A DNA stretch of 64,000 bases from Candidatus Bathyarchaeota archaeon. Its GTDB lineage: Archaea; Thermoproteota; Bathyarchaeia; Bathyarchaeales; DTEX01. The position numbers were made by a program, and so were the translations under genes. The notes beneath the pieces were generated by a model, which saw only the letters and a program-made list of their open reading frames with translations, did no database searches and had not been told where the DNA came from. The stretch is from assembly GCA_963714275.1 (NCBI GenBank), contig CAVQNT010000002.1, positions 768,001 to 832,000 on the forward strand. The letters run 5' to 3'. Shown here piece by piece: positions 59,214 to 64,000 of this stretch (its first letter is position 1; every line of letters starts with the position of its first letter).

Positions 59214-60148
59214 CTATCTTCCTACTGGTTTGTGCTGGTTCATGAAGGCTTGAACGTCAGCTTCTGTAATCATTTTCTCTGCTCCCCCTATGTATAGGCA
59301 TGAAAGGGCGCCTAAAGCGTTCGCAAACTCTATTGAAGCTTTGAAGTCTTTGTTTTTGTGTAAATAGTAATAGATGAAACCGGCGTCAAAGGAGTCGCCT
59401 GCCCCAGTGGTGTCAACTGGTTTTATGCTGAACGGATTGACCTTGACTGTTTTGCTTTTATGTCTTCCAACTGCACCTTTTTCGCCACGTTTAATGACAA
59501 CAACTGGAACCTTCTCGTTTAACTTTTCAAGGGCTAAGTTGACACTGTTTATTCCAGCGTATGGCTTTAGCTTCTTTGTCGTTTGGAAGAAAAATGTCAA
59601 CGTGACCCAGAATTTCGTTGATGTACTCGTACTTGTTTAACGGGTCAGCGTTCGTGTCCAAAGATGTCGTCAATCCCTGTTTCTTGGCTTCGGAAAAGAC
59701 CTTGGAGATTGAACTGAGCAGCTTTCTCAAAATGTAGATTGACGAGATATGGAGGTGGTTGTAACCATGAAAAATTTCTGGTGTCATTTCGGGCTCGGTT
59801 AAATTGTCGATGCCTTTCATGTAAGTAACGAGAGCCCTATTCTTTGGATATGTCAATGAAATTGTTATACCCGTTTTGATCTCGTTTTGTACCTTGACCT
59901 TGCTTGTTCCGACACCGCTTGACCTAAGATTCTTTAATGCTATATCGCCATTAATGTCAGCGCCTATTTTCCCGAATATGTCAACTTCGCTGCCTCAGCT
60001 GTGCGAGTCTACATGCGAAGATTGAGGCTGCGCCTCCCATTACGGTTTGGAAGTCCTCGCACGGAATTTCATGACCGAGAACTGGAAGTTGGGGAGCTCC
60101 TGAAACGATCATGTCCACGTTTAGGTCCCCGATGACGAGACTTTTCAA
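59214..60148 (-). CDS. PfkB family carbohydrate kinase; frameshifted
   Basis: VIGDLNVD, FLPND.EA, VDTTGAGDSFDAGF, ANALGA. Confidence 0.9.
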
Positions 60149-60307
60149 CTTTAAACACCGTTACTTAGCCTTTAATGCGTCAATCATTATTCATAAATGC
60201 CTTTTATGTTTAGTCTTCTAACATCATTGAAGCAATTGACGGAATTGGGAGCAACAAGTTTATATGAATTAATGACTTCCCAAAAAGGGTGTCTGAGAGG
60301 AGAGCAG

Positions 60308-61041
60308 ATGAACCAAGCAGCGATCGAAACCGCAAGTCTCGTCAAGACGTTCGGAAACATAATAGCCCTTAACGGGTTGAGCTTTAGAGTGATGCAGGGG
60401 GAAATTTTGGGGCTGATAGGTCCCAACGGTGCGGGAAAAACCACAACCTTGAGGATTCTCGCCACGTTGATTAAGCCTTCTTCTGGTTCAGCAAAAATTT
60501 TCGGTTTTGATGTGGAAAAGAACCCGTCTGAAGTCCGGAGAATCATCAGCTATCTCCCGGAAGAGCTGGAGCCTACAAAAACCTTTCAGGATGGGAGTAC
60601 CTCGTGTTCATGGCAAACTTTTACTCTCTGAACAAGAAGGATGGTCAAGCCACCATTAAAGACGCAGCGGAAATTTCGGGACTAGGCGCACGGTTGAAAG
60701 ACAGGGTTAAAACCTACAGCAAGGGAATGAACCGTAGGCTGCTTCTCGCGAGGGCTTTGATGATGAAGCCTAAACTCGCAATTCTGGACGAACCAACAAG
60801 CGGTTTGGACGTTGTTCACGCTTTCTACGTTAGACACATCATACAAAACTACGTAAAGACGTACGGCGTAACCGTTCTTCTTTCGAGTCACAATATGCTT
60901 GAGGTTGAGTTGCTTTGCAACCGGGTGGCTCTGATTAACGAAGGCAGAGTCATCGGAGAAGGAACTCCTCAGGAACTAAAGTCCAGTCACCACGCTAACA
61001 ACCTTGAGGACGTGTTCATGGAGGCGACGAAACTTGGTTAG
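60308..61041 (+). CDS. ABC transporter ATP-binding protein; frameshifted near 60565
   Basis: GPNGAGKTT, YSKGM, ILDEPTSGLD, SSH. Confidence 0.93.
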
Positions 61042-62338
61042 TGGTTTAAACAATTTAATCAAAAAAGAAGTCAAAGAACTGCTTCGAGACCCAAAGATTC
61101 TACTCGGTACGGTGTTGATGCCGCTTCTCATTTTTCCACTCATGGGTAGCGCAATGAATATTTCTTCAACCGCTGTCGAGGAATCCGTGAGGCAAGTCTC
61201 GGTGTGGCTGATGGACATGGACCGAGGACCCATGGCTCAAAGCCTTTCCCTCTCCTTCAGGAGCATGAACGTTACGATAATTGAAACCCATGCTTCCACA
61301 GTTGACGAAGCTCTAGAGGAACTCCAACAAACCAACATAACGACGCTGGTCATCATACCCAGTGGCTTCAGCCAAAACCTTACCCTTGGCTTGAAAGGCA
61401 ATGTGGAAGTCTACTCCGTCTACAAAAGCCTAAGCGTCGCAGAAGGAGTCAGGTCAACCATAGTGGACATCCCGATTAACGTGTTTGAAGGAGCCCTCAT
61501 CCGACAGGCAATAAGCCAAGCCTTTCCAGGCAGAGACCCTTCGACTGTTTTGGACCCCATCTCTGTGAGTAGCTTTGCTGTTGTCAAAGGAAAAGTGATT
61601 GATGTTCCCCCCGAAGTTCTGAGGAGCCTTTTCCTGTCGCAGTCTCTCGGATTCCCCATGGTCATAATGTTGCTGCTTATTTCAGCGATGCAGGTGGCTG
61701 CGACTACTGTTTCCATCGAAAAAGAGGAGAAAACTTTGGAAACCCTCCTGACAATGCCCATCAGCAGGCTTGGTATATTGACAGGGAAACTCGTAGGCTC
61801 AGTTGTTGTTGCTGCCGCTGGAGCAGTAGCCTCGATGATTGGAGTCAACTATTACACCAGCTCAATATTCAGTATGATGCCAACTGAAACCGTAAACCTT
61901 GAAGCCCTTGGGTTGACAATGTCCCCCTTAGGCTACGGACTTTTGGGAGCAGTAATGTTTGTCACCATCGTTTCAGCCTTAGCCCTAGCCATCGTTGTTG
62001 CTGCCTTTTCAGAAAACGTGAGGAGCGCCCAATCTCTTGTCGGATTCCTGAACATCATTTTCATCATTCCTTCACTGGTGCTGATGTTCGCAGATATCGA
62101 AATCCTCCCATATCCTTTCCAAATGGTACTGTACGCCATTCCGTATACCCACGCAATTTTGGCATCTAAAGCTGCGTTCATGGGCGACTACTTCATTATG
62201 GTAAGAAGCATAGCCTACATCTCAGTGTTCACAGTAGCTGTATTGTACATTGCAGCCAAAATTTTCACAACTGAAAAAATTGTGACAGCAAGAATCTCCT
62301 TCAAAAAACGTGGAGCAATGAAGGCTTTATTCAAGTAA
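61034..62338 (+). CDS. ABC-2 type permease (NatB-like)
   Basis: KKEVKELLRD, EKEEKTLETLLT.PISR..IL.GK, IPYTH. Confidence 0.9.
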   Translation: MVSGLNNLIKKEVKELLRDPKILLGTVLMPLLIFPLMGSAMNISSTAVEESVRQVSVWLMDMDRGPMAQSLSLSFRSMNVTIIETHASTVDEALEELQQTNITTLVIIPSGFSQNLTLGLKGNVEVYSVYKSLSVAEGVRSTIVDIPINVFEGALIRQAISQAFPGRDPSTVLDPISVSSFAVVKGKVIDVPPEVLRSLFLSQSLGFPMVIMLLLISAMQVAATTVSIEKEEKTLETLLTMPISRLGILTGKLVGSVVVAAAGAVASMIGVNYYTSSIFSMMPTETVNLEALGLTMSPLGYGLLGAVMFVTIVSALALAIVVAAFSENVRSAQSLVGFLNIIFIIPSLVLMFADIEILPYPFQMVLYAIPYTHAILASKAAFMGDYFIMVRSIAYISVFTVAVLYIAAKIFTTEKIVTARISFKKRGAMKALFK

Positions 62339-62432
62339 ATCCGAATCACAATCAGTCTACCTTGCACCGACAGCCACATAAACGGCGAGAATCACATTTA
62401 AAGAAGTGCAACATCCTTAGAGGAGAAAAAGC

Positions 62433-63248
62433 ATGAAACTGTCATTCACGACGCTAGGATGTCCGCAGTGGACGCTTAAACAAATAGTCGAAAAAGCTGC
62501 CAAGATGGGGTATGACGCAGTTGACTTCCGAGGGCTACTTGAAGACATAGACGTCAGCCACCGACCAGAATTCACAATCCAATTAAAAACCACAAAAAAA
62601 TTGTTCAGAGACCACGGTATTGATGTCTCAGCAATCTCCGTTTCAGCCCATTTCGCAGTTGTTGACTCAGCAGAAAAAGAGAAAGAGTTCGATGAAGCAC
62701 AAAGAAACCTTGAACTTGCTGCCAAGCTCGACTCGCATGTAATGCGAATTTATGGTGGGCAAGTACCAAAAGGCTACGCCGTGGAGACCATAATGCCCAT
62801 TCTTGTCGAAAACCTCCGCAAAATCGGGGACGAAGCGGAAAAGTACGATGTTACTTTGGCTCTTGAAACCCACGACGACTGGACAAACTCAGCCACCCTC
62901 GCCCGAGTCATCACCCAAGTTAATCATCCACGTGTACGAGTCTTGTGGGATCTCCATCACCCATACCGCTTTAACGGCGAAAAACCTGAACTCACCTACG
63001 CGCACCTTGGAAAGTTCACCGTCAGCACCCACGTTAAAGACTCGGTTCTCGACAAAGACGGGAAACCGTGTTATGTGCTACTCGGCAAAGGCACCGTGCC
63101 CATAAAAAGGATGCTTGAGATGCTGGTTCAAGGCGGATACGATGGCTACGCGACTCTGGAATGGGAGAAACGTTGGCTACCCGAACTCGCTGAACCCGAA
63201 AATGTTTTTCCGCAGTACGTTCAAAAGATGAGGGAATGGATGGCATAA
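62433..63248 (+). CDS. Sugar phosphate isomerase/epimerase (TIM barrel)
   Basis: FTTLGCP.W, LETHDD, WDLHH, HVKD, GYDGYATLEWEKRW. Confidence 0.9.
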   Translation: MKLSFTTLGCPQWTLKQIVEKAAKMGYDAVDFRGLLEDIDVSHRPEFTIQLKTTKKLFRDHGIDVSAISVSAHFAVVDSAEKEKEFDEAQRNLELAAKLDSHVMRIYGGQVPKGYAVETIMPILVENLRKIGDEAEKYDVTLALETHDDWTNSATLARVITQVNHPRVRVLWDLHHPYRFNGEKPELTYAHLGKFTVSTHVKDSVLDKDGKPCYVLLGKGTVPIKRMLEMLVQGGYDGYATLEWEKRWLPELAEPENVFPQYVQKMREWMA

Positions 63249-63257
63249 TCAGTCTGT

Positions 63258-63683
63258 TTAGTTTCTAGACAAATTCGACCTTAACTTCTGTAACACCCTA
63301 AAATCAGAATCCGAAGTTAGAATTATATCAGATGATTGTTCAGCAAGGGCAAGATGTATGCTGTCGTACAAGGAGAAGAAGGTTTTTCCTGCTCTTTTAA
63401 AATATTTTTTCTCTAGTTCTGCTCCTCTGTGAGATATTGATGTGGGGACCTCTTCGATGATCGTAAGGTTTGGGATTCTTTCTATATATGCCCGCGCCTC
63501 CACCGCTTCATCATCTAAACCTTGAGAAAGGAAGGCATATACTATTTCTGCAATAACAATTGTGTCCGTGTATCCGTCATGTTCTCCGTTTGTCATTTTT
63601 GTGAGCCACTCAGCAACTTTTTCGTAGCCCTTCTCTTTCTTTAGAACTTTTAAAAAAGCGTTTGCATCAAAAAAGACCTTCAT
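63258..63683 (-). CDS. vapC: PIN-domain VapC-type toxin
   Basis: FFDANAF, IAEI, SLYDSIHLALA, LTSDSDF. Confidence 0.88.
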   Translation of the reverse strand: MKVFFDANAFLKVLKKEKGYEKVAEWLTKMTNGEHDGYTDTIVIAEIVYAFLSQGLDDEAVEARAYIERIPNLTIIEEVPTSISHRGAELEKKYFKRAGKTFFSLYDSIHLALAEQSSDIILTSDSDFRVLQKLRSNLSRN

Positions 63684-63866
63684 TCAACGTCAACCTCAGC
63701 CACAATCTCCTTCATCTTTTTCTTTATGAAAGTGGCATGCAACCATTATTGTGCAAAATTATAGAACAATTTCAAAGTAATTGAAAAATGTAAATTTCGT
63801 TAATACTTGAACCTTAATTTTAAGGATACATAAAAACATTAAACTTGCACTATTACTTATCTGGTT

Positions 63867-63974
63867 TGGCGCCGGGGAAGGGATTCGAACCCATGCGGTC
63901 CGCAGGGACCACAGGCTTTCTTGGTTGAGATTATTCGCTCAAGGCCTGCGCCTTATCCACTCGGCCACCCCGGC
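63867..63974 (-). tRNA. trnS: tRNA-Ser(TGA) with a 20-nt intron at 37/38 (63918-63937); CCA encoded
   Basis: GCCGGGG/CCCCGGC acceptor stem, G73, CAGGC/GCCTG anticodon stem, loop CT-TGA-G|A, long variable arm, GGTTCGAATCC. Confidence 0.93.
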
Positions 63975-64000
63975 TTACGGTTGCTTCGTCTTTTTTCGGT

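Noticed and set aside
63867-63974. tRNA-Leu(CAA) or tRNA-Sec reading of the tRNA
   Set aside because: Using CAA gives an oversized anticodon loop. The G73 discriminator, 7-bp acceptor stem and TGA anticodon fit Ser.

Overview
Archaeal chromosome segment, probably Bathyarchaeia. That assignment is an inference from the rpoE1-spt4-DUF359-S24e-S27ae gene order, SepRS, TrmY, RadA, an intron-containing tRNA, an archaeal 23S rRNA and HTH_45-type regulators. Positions 1 to about 31.9 kb are a visibly AT-richer, all-plus-strand surface-glycan island. It encodes RfbF, an SDR epimerase, three NDP-sugar C-methyltransferases, GT2/GT4 enzymes, two PIG-L deacetylases, a flippase, nucleotidyltransferases, a BshC-like ligase, a CapK/PaaK-like adenylating enzyme, a GHMP kinase and surface/membrane proteins, plus several decayed gene relics. 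Positions 32-64 kb are mostly core genes: transcription and translation genes, the translin-SepRS-EndoV cluster, a Cys1-less PurF, LeuB-like, TrmY, TyrRS, a stand-alone 23S rRNA gene, fumarate hydratase, RadA, an EMC6-like protein, Rqc2, sugar catabolism, an ABC exporter, an orphan VapC and tRNA-Ser(TGA). More than 20 genes, including essential ones, are split by single-base indels. These are most likely long-read consensus errors, so the genes are reported here as joined CDSs. The best leads are the BshB/BshC-like pair inside the glycan island and a modular non-coding repeat present twice in inverted orientation around the 23S region. All protein family calls come from motif recognition by eye, with no database searches.
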